A DNA stretch of 64,000 bases from a virus. Positions 1 to 8,937 of the stretch are shown in pieces. The stretch is taken from the IMG/VR virus record IMGVR_UViG_3300032242_003291, positions 208,285 to 272,284 of that record; one strand, given 5' to 3'. Below the pieces are notes generated by a model that saw only the letters and a list, made by a program, of their open reading frames with translations, was not told the origin of the DNA and ran no database searches. How positions within the stretch are numbered: the stretch's first letter is position 1; each line of letters begins with the position of its first letter. Made by a program: the position numbers and the translations under genes.

Positions 1-13
1 TAATGAGACTACT

Positions 14-496
14 TTACCAAGTTCTACATGCCCAATAACGTGGCTTCCATCTTGGTCCAGGATTATCACAATTCATTCTCGCTCTAAAGTTTCTTCTACG
101 TTCGGGATTATTCTTTTTAATTGTCATTCTTTTACCGTGAGCAGATTTTCCACCAAACCCAAAGTTAACCTTAACAACCTTACCCTTATCATTTTTAACA
201 TATACCTTGGACTTCTTCACATCACCTTGCATAATCTTTCCAAGTTGAACTTTACGTCCTTGATATTCAGCCTCATTTATGGAACCTTCTTCAAATTCTG
301 TTTCTTCAACTGAACCATACTCATCTTCATATAAAGTTTCATTTTTAGGCTTTATACCTTTTTTCTTCATGTTGATGGCAATTGCTGCTTGTTGTGCAGG
401 ACTTGATGCTTCGTCCATTTCATTTTCAGATTCTTTAAGAACACGTTTAACCAATTTCATCAAATCGGATTCTGTAAGTCTAACTATCTTTGGCAT
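14..496 (-). CDS. Hypothetical virion protein with the conserved N-terminal motif M-x-K-I-V/I-R-L-T-E-S/N-D-L-x-x-L-V-K/N-R-V-I/L-K/S-E (propeptide-like family, member 1). Lys/Arg-rich body.
   Basis: ORF track 14..556. The internal ATG at 496 gives MPKIVRLTESDLMKLVKRVLKESENE. Paralogous N-termini at 8991..9452 and 37165..37530. Confidence 0.5.
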   Translation of the reverse strand: MPKIVRLTESDLMKLVKRVLKESENEMDEASSPAQQAAIAINMKKKGIKPKNETLYEDEYGSVEETEFEEGSINEAEYQGRKVQLGKIMQGDVKKSKVYVKNDKGKVVKVNFGFGGKSAHGKRMTIKKNNPERRRNFRARMNCDNPGPRWKPRYWACRTW

Positions 497-525
497 AATA
501 AATGTTTTATTATAAATACATACGG

Positions 526-553
526 AAATAAAAAACCCACCATAAAGGTGGGT
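526..553 (-). terminator. Intrinsic terminator: hairpin cccacc-ataaa-ggtggg followed by a T-run on the minus strand.
   Basis: GC stem plus A-run on the plus strand, directly downstream of minus gene 563..2008. Confidence 0.6.
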
Positions 554-562
554 CAATATTTA

Positions 563-2008
563 CTATTGTTCTAACAAATTAAGTTGTGATTTCAAATACT
601 CTGATTGTTTTGCAATTTTCTTTAAAAATTCTTGATAATATTTTTTATTATACTGATAAAGTCCATTTAGATGTTGGGAACCTTTGTTTCCCAATAATTC
701 AAGACTTTCTTTTGATAATGAATTTTTACCTGAGGCATATCCAATTAAATTATCCAATTCTTGTTTAGCACCTTTAGCTCCGACTTTTTGAACTAAACCA
801 TTAATTTCGCTTGTCATATTATTTAAAATCATCTGATTATTTGCAACTATTTCTTGTGGATGATAAAGATATTGTTGATATAAATCTTTATACTTTTCAC
901 CAGCATTTATTGCGTTATCAATACCTTGACCTGTTTCAGACGCTTTAGCATATGCTGATTTATAGTTAGATAATTCAGTTTGTTTAGCGTTTTGAATGGC
1001 TTCATAAGAATTATTCAATTTTGGACTAACCAAAGATGGGTCCTTGATGTGAGTTGCTTCATGATTTAAAACTTGTCTTATTTCTTCTTCACTCTTACCT
1101 GCCAATGCGTCCAAGTTCATATAAATTTTATTTCTACCAACAGCTTCACCAGCAAAAGTTTCGCCAGGAAAACTTTTAACAATCACATCAACTTCTTTTG
1201 TAGTACCATTAACAATCAAATCCAATTTTAAAAAACGTTGTTCCCCTTGTTTAATTATTGGGACCAATTGTGAAATTTGATTTAATTCTGATTCTGCAAA
1301 TTTAATTCCTCCTTGAACTGCCATTCTGGCCAACTTATATGTATTGCCTGACGCGGACTTCAAATTATTTAAAAATCCTTCTTTGGTTATTTTATTTGAA
1401 AGAAATTGTTGGAGTAATTCATTATATTTTTGTTGTCCAAATTTTGAAATAAAATTTGGTTTTAATGATTCGACACTATTAACAATGGGAGTAAGTTTTG
1501 TTGACGCACTTTCTAAACCTTGTTTGACTAAGACCTCATTTTCTTTAATAGCATTCAAAGCAGTTGCTTCCGCAGGAGAGAAAATTTTCACACCTTTAGC
1601 AATTTTGCTTCCCAATGCTGCCATTGCCTTTGAACCTAATTGTTTTACACCAGGAATCTCACCAATGAAAGGTAACAAAGAAAAGGCTGCGGTTATACCC
1701 GCAGCTTTTGTATCTCCTTCATTGTAATAAATTGCTGAATCAGCCAATCCAATACCCGCAGAAATAAATGGACCTACAGCAGGAATAAAGGCCGTACCGA
1801 TGGCGAGAAATCCCATAAGTGTATGTACATCAAATGGTACCCCTTTGCCGTTTGTTGGGTCAATTGTTCCTGATTTAACATTTGTTGTTGGCTGAAGAAA
1901 ATTTGATGGTGCTGATGGTGTAAGAGTTGCGGCAGGTTTGACTCCCTTAACTTGTTCAGATAAGACTCTATTAAATTGTGATTCTGTGACAATAATTTTC
2001 ATTAACAA
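563..2008 (-). CDS. Hypothetical large virion protein. N-terminus MLMKIIVTESQFNRVLSEQ, then a Gly/Ala-rich hydrophobic segment (GFLAIGTAFIPAVGPFISAGIGLA). Paralog of 37546..38718.
   Basis: Long clean ORF. Similar to 37546..38718 at SLLPFIGEIPG versus SAVPYIGDIVAKP. Confidence 0.55.
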   Translation of the reverse strand: MLMKIIVTESQFNRVLSEQVKGVKPAATLTPSAPSNFLQPTTNVKSGTIDPTNGKGVPFDVHTLMGFLAIGTAFIPAVGPFISAGIGLADSAIYYNEGDTKAAGITAAFSLLPFIGEIPGVKQLGSKAMAALGSKIAKGVKIFSPAEATALNAIKENEVLVKQGLESASTKLTPIVNSVESLKPNFISKFGQQKYNELLQQFLSNKITKEGFLNNLKSASGNTYKLARMAVQGGIKFAESELNQISQLVPIIKQGEQRFLKLDLIVNGTTKEVDVIVKSFPGETFAGEAVGRNKIYMNLDALAGKSEEEIRQVLNHEATHIKDPSLVSPKLNNSYEAIQNAKQTELSNYKSAYAKASETGQGIDNAINAGEKYKDLYQQYLYHPQEIVANNQMILNNMTSEINGLVQKVGAKGAKQELDNLIGYASGKNSLSKESLELLGNKGSQHLNGLYQYNKKYYQEFLKKIAKQSEYLKSQLNLLEQ

Positions 2009-2039
2009 TAAATATACCGACCCATTTGTTTGATATAAA

Positions 2040-2068
2040 TAAAAAACCCACCATAAAGGGTGGGTCTT
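2040..2068 (-). terminator. Intrinsic terminator: cccacc-ataaa-gggtggg followed by a T-run on the minus strand.
   Basis: Same architecture as 526..553, downstream of minus gene 2089..2646. Confidence 0.55.
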
Positions 2069-2088
2069 AATATAGAATTATGTTTTAT

Positions 2089-2646
2089 TTAATTATTTTT
2101 ACGTTTTGCAAACTCTGAAAGTTCATATAGTTTAGCAAGGATTGAATCAACGTTCCCACTTAAAAGAATTGTTTCTGTTGTTGGTTGATATCCGTTTCCA
2201 ACTATCTCAACAAAAATACCTTTATAAAGTTTTCTCATGGCAAAAGTTGGGGTATAATTTTGTACTGTAATAGGATTTATATTGGCAGTACTATTAGGAT
2301 ATAAAGAATACACTAATGGTTTACCATATTCAAATTCCATTCTACTAGGAAACATTATATTATCCGTGTTAACATCACTTTTGGTTAAAACCAATGGACT
2401 ATAAGTTGAGGTTGCATATTGACTTTTTGAATTTAACAACCAAGGAAACCCGCGGCGTCCGTTATTCATTACTAACCCTTTTAAGAACTTTGTTACCTCT
2501 TGTTTTTCTTGTGGAGTTAATCCCTTTACCGCAGAATTAACATTTGCAGCAGAAGTTGCCGCAACATCGTCTTCTTTTAATAATCTTTTTTCCAATTTAA
2601 GATTAGCCTCTTGCATGTGTCTAATCTTACTCATACTTCTATTCAT
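2089..2646 (-). CDS. Hypothetical protein. A possible internal start gives MSKIRHMQEANLKLEKRLLKE, ending in L-K-E.
   Basis: ORF track. Coding-like composition. Confidence 0.45.
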   Translation of the reverse strand: MNRSMSKIRHMQEANLKLEKRLLKEDDVAATSAANVNSAVKGLTPQEKQEVTKFLKGLVMNNGRRGFPWLLNSKSQYATSTYSPLVLTKSDVNTDNIMFPSRMEFEYGKPLVYSLYPNSTANINPITVQNYTPTFAMRKLYKGIFVEIVGNGYQPTTETILLSGNVDSILAKLYELSEFAKRKNN

Positions 2647-2687
2647 AAAATTTCTTTATAATAAATATATTGTCAGACCCATTTGTT

Positions 2688-3002
2688 TTATTCAGCCGCA
2701 TCATAGGATTGAATATTTTCTTCAACTACTTCATCAATCATTGGTTGGTCTTCCAACTCTTCAATAACAATGTTAATTGCTTCAGGATAATTACAACTAT
2801 ATGACTGAAAGTATATCCCCGCAAGACCCAATACCTCATTGTTAATGTAGTGACGATTCTTACCTTTACCTTTTAATATTTCGTGGTCCATCGACACATC
2901 ATTCCAATCACCCAATACACATCTATGTCCACCTTTTTCTTTGTGTAATAGTCTAACGACATTATTATGACTGAAGTTTTCAATAAATTCTTTTAGTTTC
3001 AT
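2688..3002 (-). CDS. Hypothetical protein.
   Basis: ORF track. Confidence 0.4.
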   Translation of the reverse strand: MKLKEFIENFSHNNVVRLLHKEKGGHRCVLGDWNDVSMDHEILKGKGKNRHYINNEVLGLAGIYFQSYSCNYPEAINIVIEELEDQPMIDEVVEENIQSYDAAE

Positions 3003-3006
3003 ATTA

Positions 3007-3174
3007 GTTATGTATTATTTTTGGTTCTTTAATTCCACGAAGTTCTGTAAGATGTTTTTTAGCGTCTTCAATTGATTTGTGTGATTTGTAAGGCCATGCA
3101 GGTCTAACCGAGCTTTGTGATGTGTATATGTGAATTGATTCACTACAACTGAATGTTATTATTCTTTCTCCCAT
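3007..3174 (-). CDS. Small Lys-rich hypothetical protein of about 55 aa, not in the ORF track. Coordinates approximate.
   Basis: ATG-initiated ORF that fills the gap between 3002 and 3176 (MGERIITFSCSESIHIYTSQ...). Confidence 0.2.
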
Positions 3175-3175
3175 A

Positions 3176-3358
3176 TTATTTGATTAAAAAATTGATGATT
3201 AATAGTGCAACGACTCCCCCAATAACGAATCCACGCAAAAAATATGTAAATCTTTCAACTTGTAAAATTTCTTTTAGATGTTTTGTTGCATAATCTACAC
3301 TATGTTCTTGTTTTGAAACAAGTCTTAAAATTGATTTAATTAAATCTATTGTTTTCAT
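3176..3358 (-). CDS. Small protein with a C-terminal transmembrane segment (tail-anchored).
   Basis: ORF track. C-terminal sequence GFVIGGVVALLIINFLIK. Confidence 0.3.
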   Translation of the reverse strand: MKTIDLIKSILRLVSKQEHSVDYATKHLKEILQVERFTYFLRGFVIGGVVALLIINFLIK

Positions 3359-3372
3359 ATTATTTGTTTTAT

Positions 3373-3567
3373 CTAATACATACCTTTATTTTCTTTTGTC
3401 CTTTTGAATAATTTCCAATCATAATCTGTTAATTCTCTTGAATATAACACGTGAGTGTCTCTTCCTAACTCTTTCTCTATGAGTATAAAATTTTCTATTG
3501 ATGTCATTTCACCAAAAATAGTTTCGTGCTTTCCCTCTCTTAAAATTGTTAAATGATATGCTTTCAT
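3373..3567 (-). CDS. Small hypothetical protein.
   Basis: ORF track. Confidence 0.3.
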   Translation of the reverse strand: MKAYHLTILREGKHETIFGEMTSIENFILIEKELGRDTHVLYSRELTDYDWKLFKRTKENKGMY

Positions 3568-3688
3568 ATTATTTGTTTTTTGATTTTCTTATTTTAATTT
3601 CAGACACCATAAAAAATAGTAAAAACATTAATGTAACTCCACTCCAAAAGTATATCCAAACAAGCGACTCTTGATGTAAATTCATAGG

Positions 3689-4243
3689 TTATTTGTTTTT
3701 AACAATTTGAATCATTCTTTTAAGACACGCAAGTTGTGCATCATCATAATTCAAAGTGGTTTCTTTATAGATTTTTCTCTTGGATGGAAATTCGTAGATT
3801 GGTATGAGATTATGATTGATATTAGATGTAAAGGATGTTGATTCAGGTGTCACATGAATTTCATATCCATTAAAATATATCAATGGCAATAACGTAAATT
3901 GTCCTTCCAAATAACTTGATTCATCACTAATGCGAGTTATAATCATCTCTCTCAAAAACTTAAATGCTTGTTGGTAGAGTGGTGCTGATATAATTAATAT
4001 CTCAGTTGTATTAAAAATATCATTTATTGATGTGATTAGTTCATTACCTACATAATACCCAAAGCATTGCTCATCAAAACCTAATTCTTTAAGTTCTAAT
4101 GCTTGTTCATATGGGATAAATTGATTGTTCATATTATTTGTTTTTAATGTAGCATTAAAATTGTAATGTACACCACCGTTTTCGTCTTTAGTTGGTTCTA
4201 TTCCTGTACCTGCAAATAGTTCTTCAAATGTTTTAGGTTTCAT
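3689..4243 (-). CDS. Hypothetical protein.
   Basis: ORF track. ATG start with MKPK confirmed at 4241-4243. Confidence 0.45.
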   Translation of the reverse strand: MKPKTFEELFAGTGIEPTKDENGGVHYNFNATLKTNNMNNQFIPYEQALELKELGFDEQCFGYYVGNELITSINDIFNTTEILIISAPLYQQAFKFLREMIITRISDESSYLEGQFTLLPLIYFNGYEIHVTPESTSFTSNINHNLIPIYEFPSKRKIYKETTLNYDDAQLACLKRMIQIVKNK

Positions 4244-4473
4244 ATTATTTATTTTATATTACAAAACTAATACAAAGATATGATATATCCATCAGTATTT
4301 ATACTGAATTTTTTTCGGGGTCGGGTTAATCTGAGATGGTCATAATGAGGGGGTGATTATATGAACCAATCCGAACCACCGAAGGTGGTCGGGGACCGTC
4401 GGTCAAAAACGGGGGAAAATATCGACGAAGTCGTTTTCGTCGGCGAATATCTGGTTAAAAGCAGAATTAATTC

Positions 4474-4773
4474 TTACTGATGCCCATATACACCATCAGT
4501 TTCAAGAACATCTTCATTAAGTGTGTGAGCAACCCATCTCTTCATATACCAATCAACTTCTTCCACACTAAGAGAAAACATATCCATAATTGCAACCTGA
4601 ATATGTTGCATATAGTTAAATTGTTTGCGGGCATAAATTAATGCGCCGACAACATAAAAATTATCATGATATAGAATAAGGTGGTTATTCTGAAGTGCAG
4701 TTTTATAATCACCGAACCTATCCGTTATGAACTGTAGTATCAACTTTTCCATGAATTTTTTCATTTCCTCCAA
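4474..4773 (-). CDS. Hypothetical protein.
   Basis: ORF track. Confidence 0.4.
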   Translation of the reverse strand: MEEMKKFMEKLILQFITDRFGDYKTALQNNHLILYHDNFYVVGALIYARKQFNYMQHIQVAIMDMFSLSVEEVDWYMKRWVAHTLNEDVLETDGVYGHQ

Positions 4774-4954
4774 ATTTATATCTAAGCTGAAAAAGTTTCA
4801 TTATTTTATCATATTCATCCTCGATTTCTTGCCAATATTTTTTTGCATACAAATCACCTTCCTCTGTAGCAACACCACCTAAACTTTTCAACTTCTCAAC
4901 GTGTGGAAATCTATCTTCTGTTACTATATTCATTATGTATTTTTTTATTACCAC
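4718..4954 (-). CDS. Tandem-array paralog 1. Small protein with motifs DRFPH...LGG...FGGNxKIH.
   Basis: ORF track. Likely start MNIVTEDRFPH at about 4933. Confidence 0.45.
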   Translation of the reverse strand: MVIKKYIMNIVTEDRFPHVEKLKSLGGVATEEGDLYAKKYWQEIEDEYDKIMKLFQLRYKFGGNEKIHGKVDTTVHNG

Positions 4955-5111
4955 CGATTCTAAATCTTTCCAAAGTATTTTCCATAATGAAATCAGATTC
5001 TATGATAAATTCCGAATAGTTGTCATTATAATACTTTTCCGCTTCTATAGTTTCACCCAACTTCATTAAATTATAATGGTGCGGGAACCTATCTTTGTTT
5101 GCTATTGTCAT
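4911..5111 (-). CDS. Tandem-array paralog 2 (DRFPH / GGNKKIH).
   Basis: ORF track. ATG at 5109-5111. Overlaps the upstream paralog by about 23 nt. Confidence 0.45.
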   Translation of the reverse strand: MTIANKDRFPHHYNLMKLGETIEAEKYYNDNYSEFIIESDFIMENTLERFRIGGNKKIHNEYSNRR

Positions 5112-5301
5112 TATGAATTATTTTATTACCACCAAATGTTTGTCTAATTGTTACGGTTTCCACGAGGAATTCATATTCTTTATTCAACAGGTCACTATAC
5201 ACCTGATTATACCATCTAGCTTCATCAGTAGTTCCACCAAGTCTCATCAATTCTTTATAGTGGGGGAATCTATCTTTATTTGATATTGTTGCTATTGTCA
5301 C
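5089..5301 (-). CDS. Tandem-array paralog 3 (DRFPH / GGNKIIH).
   Basis: ORF track. Confidence 0.45.
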   Translation of the reverse strand: MTIATISNKDRFPHYKELMRLGGTTDEARWYNQVYSDLLNKEYEFLVETVTIRQTFGGNKIIHNDNSKQR

Positions 5302-5524
5302 TATTAATTATTTTATGAATAAATTCACTTCCACCCAATTGTTTTCTAAACCTATTTTCATCAATAAGTCTATCATATTCTTTATTTATCACATATTGAT
5401 TTTGTTCTGTATACAAACGACCTTCAGCAGTTTCAGAATTACCCAAACGAAATAACTCTTTAATGTGGGGGTACTTATCTATAATCATATTTAACGTATT
5501 TGTGAATAGCTTTATTTCCACCAA
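5276..5524 (-). CDS. Tandem-array paralog 4 (DKYPH / LGGSEFIH).
   Basis: ORF track. Confidence 0.45.
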   Translation of the reverse strand: MVEIKLFTNTLNMIIDKYPHIKELFRLGNSETAEGRLYTEQNQYVINKEYDRLIDENRFRKQLGGSEFIHKIINSDNSNNIK

Positions 5525-5684
5525 ACTTATATCTTAATTCAACATCATATAAATCCAAGTAGTTACCACGATTTTTCATGGAAGGAATACCATACATTCC
5601 TGCTGAAAGAACAAACTTGCGTCTCCTTATTTGATTTTTGGCATCAAGATACTTGTTCCACTGTTTTACTTCTTCTTGTTTCAT
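5475..5684 (-). CDS. Tandem-array paralog 5, divergent (FGGNKAIH).
   Basis: ORF track. Confidence 0.4.
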   Translation of the reverse strand: MKQEEVKQWNKYLDAKNQIRRRKFVLSAGMYGIPSMKNRGNYLDLYDVELRYKFGGNKAIHKYVKYDYR

Positions 5685-5874
5685 TTTTAATTAATTCATG
5701 TATTGCTCGGTCCCCACCCAATTTAAGTCTGAGATTATACATCTGCAATTTTTTTACAGCATCCGTCAACTCAAACCATAAAGAACCATTCGGGTTAACA
5801 AAATATAAACGTTCGTTATAACTATTCTCTTTCATATACGCATTCAGTTGGTTTATTCTTCTCCCACATATCAA
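5644..5874 (-). CDS. Tandem-array paralog 6, divergent (LGGDRAIH).
   Basis: ORF track. Confidence 0.4.
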   Translation of the reverse strand: MICGRRINQLNAYMKENSYNERLYFVNPNGSLWFELTDAVKKLQMYNLRLKLGGDRAIHELIKNETRRSKTVEQVS

Positions 5875-6115
5875 ATATAAAATCCAAAAATTCGGGACCT
5901 ACTGCAAAGTAATCCAAAAAGTCGTGAACAGATGCATACTCACACATTCTACCATGTTTATAATTATCGTATAATCCAATATTCACTCTCTCCCCCTCCT
6001 TATAAAAGATATTCTTCTTCGTTGCAACAAGTGTCACGGTCCCCAACTTATCTGACCTATTGGATAATACATCAAGATAACATCTTTGAAATGTGAAAAA
6101 TTTATTGAAGTCCAT
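5822..6115 (-). CDS. Hypothetical protein.
   Basis: ORF track. Confidence 0.4.
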   Translation of the reverse strand: MDFNKFFTFQRCYLDVLSNRSDKLGTVTLVATKKNIFYKEGERVNIGLYDNYKHGRMCEYASVHDFLDYFAVGPEFLDFIFDMWEKNKPTECVYERE

Positions 6116-6209
6116 ATACTATTTTCTTTTATCCATTTTTTCATCCACAATGGTCCATACAAATATAACAACCACCATCCCGAAAAAGATAATCATTGAG
6201 TAGTCCATA

Positions 6210-6392
6210 TTATCTTTTTTTGAATAGGTTAATAAATCCACTTATAGTTGAAAATACCAACACATAGTATAATCCAATTACAATCCATTTAACAATTTCC
6301 ATAATATAATTTTTACAAACATAGTATATTCCACAAAATTTTCCAAAAATTTTTTTTCTCGTTGGGTGAGTATAATAAAAGTGGGGGGTCAT
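6210..6392 (-). CDS. Small hydrophobic protein with one transmembrane segment.
   Basis: ORF track. Hydrophobic core IVKWIVIGLYYVLVFSTISGFINLF. Confidence 0.25.
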   Translation of the reverse strand: MTPHFYYTHPTRKKIFGKFCGIYYVCKNYIMEIVKWIVIGLYYVLVFSTISGFINLFKKR

Positions 6393-6534
6393 GTTCTTAA
6401 ATAAGTTACCTATTGTTCTTAACTCAAGAGGTGATGCACTTAAATTGGAAATATATTTCTAAATTATTAAAATTAAATAATGACTTGTTATTTTTTAGGT
6501 TGTAAACATATAATAATAATTTACAATTGGAAAT

Positions 6535-7137
6535 ATGTTTCTAATATTAAGTATATTTATTAGTATGAGTAATTTTTTAATATATGGATTGAGATGTCCA
6601 AAAACAGATGACTACAAATATATCGGTAAAAGTAGTTCAGGATATGAAAGAGCAAAGGCTCACTTAACCTTTTCACATAATAATTCAGTTAATCTTTGGG
6701 TGAGTGAATTGAGAGAAGAAGGACTGTCCCCACTAATTGATGTCCTTGAAGAATGTGATGAAAATAATCTCACAATTAAAGAACAATTTTGGATACAATT
6801 TTATGATGATAAAGGATGTAAATTAATGAACCACATAAAGTATGATGGTAAAGCAATTCATAAATTGAAACAAGACATTTTAATCGAACAAGAAAAACTT
6901 AATAAAGAATTAGAGACCGCTAAAAATAATTTACAAGAGTTTTCTAACATTTCTTTATTCATAAAAAAAAGAAGAAAACAATTAAACATAAATCAAATTG
7001 ACTTATCAGAAATGGTAGGTATAACTAATAGAACCCTCACCATGATTGAGAATGAAACAGGTAATCCTTCATACTCCACAATTGTATCATTGTTAGATAC
7101 CCTTGGATACAAATTGGTCCCAATATTGAAGACATAA
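6535..7137 (+). CDS. Free-standing GIY-YIG homing-endonuclease-like protein with a C-terminal XRE-type helix-turn-helix domain.
   Basis: LIYGL...(9 aa)...YIGKS...RAKAHL matches the GIY-YIG motif. The C-terminal LNINQIDLSEMVGITNRTLTMIENETGNPSYSTIVSLLDTLGYKL is HTH-like. Likely start MSNF at about 6565. Confidence 0.65.
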   Translation: MFLILSIFISMSNFLIYGLRCPKTDDYKYIGKSSSGYERAKAHLTFSHNNSVNLWVSELREEGLSPLIDVLEECDENNLTIKEQFWIQFYDDKGCKLMNHIKYDGKAIHKLKQDILIEQEKLNKELETAKNNLQEFSNISLFIKKRRKQLNINQIDLSEMVGITNRTLTMIENETGNPSYSTIVSLLDTLGYKLVPILKT

Positions 7138-7138
7138 A

Positions 7139-7170
7139 AAAAACCCCACCTAAAAGATGGGGTTAAAATT
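7139..7170. terminator. Bidirectional intrinsic terminator (cccacc-taaaagat-ggggtt) between convergent genes.
   Basis: The hairpin is flanked by an A-run on one side and a T-run on the other. Confidence 0.55.
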
Positions 7171-7190
7171 TTCATGCACAAATTTTAAGA

Positions 7191-7472
7191 CTATTCAGAA
7201 TCTTCTTCTGACTCCTCTTCATCTTCGTCCTCATCATCTGAATAAACATCATCCTCTAAATCAGAAACTCTCTCTTCTAAATCATAGATTTTTTCTTTTA
7301 ACATAGAGATTTCTAAAGCTGATGAGTTCTCCACTTCATCCTCTTCAGTTTCATCATCAGAAGTTGTTTCTTCTGTTTCTTCCTCAGTTGTTTCTTCGTC
7401 AGTTGTGTCAACTGTTTCTTCAGCCAATTCCTCATCAGCTGGTAATACTTGTTCATCATCTAAATTTAACAT
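7191..7472 (-). CDS. Hyper-acidic small protein (about 60% Asp/Glu/Thr/Ser). Candidate DNA mimic.
   Basis: MLNLDDEQVLPADEELAEETVDTTDEETTEEETEETTSDDETEEDEVEN...DEDEDEEESEEDSE. Confidence 0.5.
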   Translation of the reverse strand: MLNLDDEQVLPADEELAEETVDTTDEETTEEETEETTSDDETEEDEVENSSALEISMLKEKIYDLEERVSDLEDDVYSDDEDEDEEESEEDSE

Positions 7473-7557
7473 GTTAAAATGGGTTTTGTTTTATTTATGT
7501 TTTAACACTAATAAATAGTTTTTGGACATGACCCATAATGTAAATTTATTGTTAATA

Positions 7558-7592
7558 AAAAACCCCACCTGAGGAGTGGGGTTCTTAATATC
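7558..7592 (-). terminator. Intrinsic terminator (ccccacc-tgaggag-tggggtt followed by T-run).
   Basis: Downstream of minus gene 7608..8441. Confidence 0.55.
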
Positions 7593-7607
7593 ATTTAATA
7601 TGTGGGG

Positions 7608-8441
7608 TTACATTTTCATACCCGATTGATTCAAACACTCAACCAATCTACGTAATTCTTCTGCAGCTGCAGGGTCTTTTTTAATTCCAAAGGTTACAAG
7701 TAAATCCACAACAATATTATCCAATTGTTTAGTTTCTTCTCTTTTCATAAATTCAGAAATTTTAGGGTAACCACCTTTTGCAATACACGCTTTAATTGCT
7801 GGCATTGCATTTGCAATTGGTTTAGCAATTGCAGAATTCATTTTGTTCTTGATTGATGGTAATGCATTTGCGATTGGTTCATCAATAACTGATTTTAAAC
7901 TTGGTTGATAAGGTAATTGTTGTTCATTAAGTCCAGCAACTCCAAGTAATGCTCCTTTTGCCACATCACCCCATGAACCACCTGATGATTGAGGTTTGTT
8001 TCCCATTCCTGATTGCATTTGTTTGATGAATGGTGCTGCAATTCCCGTAAGACTTGTTGCAATGTTAGAAAGGGTTTTTGAAATATCTCCCCCTGTTACA
8101 GCATTTTTCAATGTTTGATAATGTTGACCCAATCTTGATTTCTCTTGGTCAAGAACTTGATTAAAAGATTTAGCATCTCCGCTTGCCGCCGATTTAATCA
8201 TGTTAAACAATGAAGTTGTTGGTAATGTTTGAAGAATGACATTTCCTAATTGACCATTTATTTCAAGGCCATTTCCAACAGCGCCTAACGAACTTTGTTC
8301 ATTAACCAATGGTTTAGAATCCCCAAGTTTAGAGTTAATTAATTTAGAAAAATTCTCAGTCATTACTTTCATTCCTCCTGAGTGTTGTTCACGGATTGCA
8401 TTTTTTTCTTCTTCCGTTAAGTTATTCAATATGTGCTTCAT
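7608..8441 (-). CDS. Hypothetical virion protein. N-terminus MKHILNNLTEEEKNAIREQ (I-R-E). Gly/Ala-rich.
   Basis: ORF track. Confidence 0.45.
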   Translation of the reverse strand: MKHILNNLTEEEKNAIREQHSGGMKVMTENFSKLINSKLGDSKPLVNEQSSLGAVGNGLEINGQLGNVILQTLPTTSLFNMIKSAASGDAKSFNQVLDQEKSRLGQHYQTLKNAVTGGDISKTLSNIATSLTGIAAPFIKQMQSGMGNKPQSSGGSWGDVAKGALLGVAGLNEQQLPYQPSLKSVIDEPIANALPSIKNKMNSAIAKPIANAMPAIKACIAKGGYPKISEFMKREETKQLDNIVVDLLVTFGIKKDPAAAEELRRLVECLNQSGMKM

Positions 8442-8465
8442 AAAATTTGTTTAATATAAATATAA

Positions 8466-8900
8466 CTAAAATCCTTTAATAATCTTTTTAACCAATCTGT
8501 TGATATCAGATTCATCAATCTTCTTGAACTTACTAACTCTATGGTTTTTATAATAATTTAATAAGTCTTCCAACTTAAGTCCCATATAAGCAATTCTTAA
8601 TTGACCTTCAACTTCAAATGGATTTATTACACGACCAATTTCATCAGATACTCTTAATGGTTCATCTTCTCCAAGTGGATTCTTAACACCACTCGGTAAT
8701 AATATCAAATATTTCTTTGGAGGTACGGAAACATAAAAGAATTGTCCCAACTTTGAATAGTGGTCCCAAAACCCTGGACCAAATACCTGTGGATTTCTAA
8801 ACTCCTTTGGTAATTCCTTATAAGAATTAATCATTTTAATTTGGTTCCAAAAATGTTTTCCAAATTCTTTCTTTAATAGTTTAATCATCATTTCATTCAT
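8466..8900 (-). CDS. Hypothetical protein.
   Basis: ORF track. Confidence 0.4.
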   Translation of the reverse strand: MNEMMIKLLKKEFGKHFWNQIKMINSYKELPKEFRNPQVFGPGFWDHYSKLGQFFYVSVPPKKYLILLPSGVKNPLGEDEPLRVSDEIGRVINPFEVEGQLRIAYMGLKLEDLLNYYKNHRVSKFKKIDESDINRLVKKIIKGF

Positions 8901-8937
8901 ATCAATAAATACAAAATTTTTCCAGAAATTTTTTAAT

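Noticed and set aside
279-1992. ORFs 279..515(+), 586..768(+), 1344..1727(+) and 1774..1992(-), which overlap the long minus genes.
   Set aside because: They sit opposite to, or nested in, well-supported long ORFs and have poor, hydrophobic or low-complexity composition.
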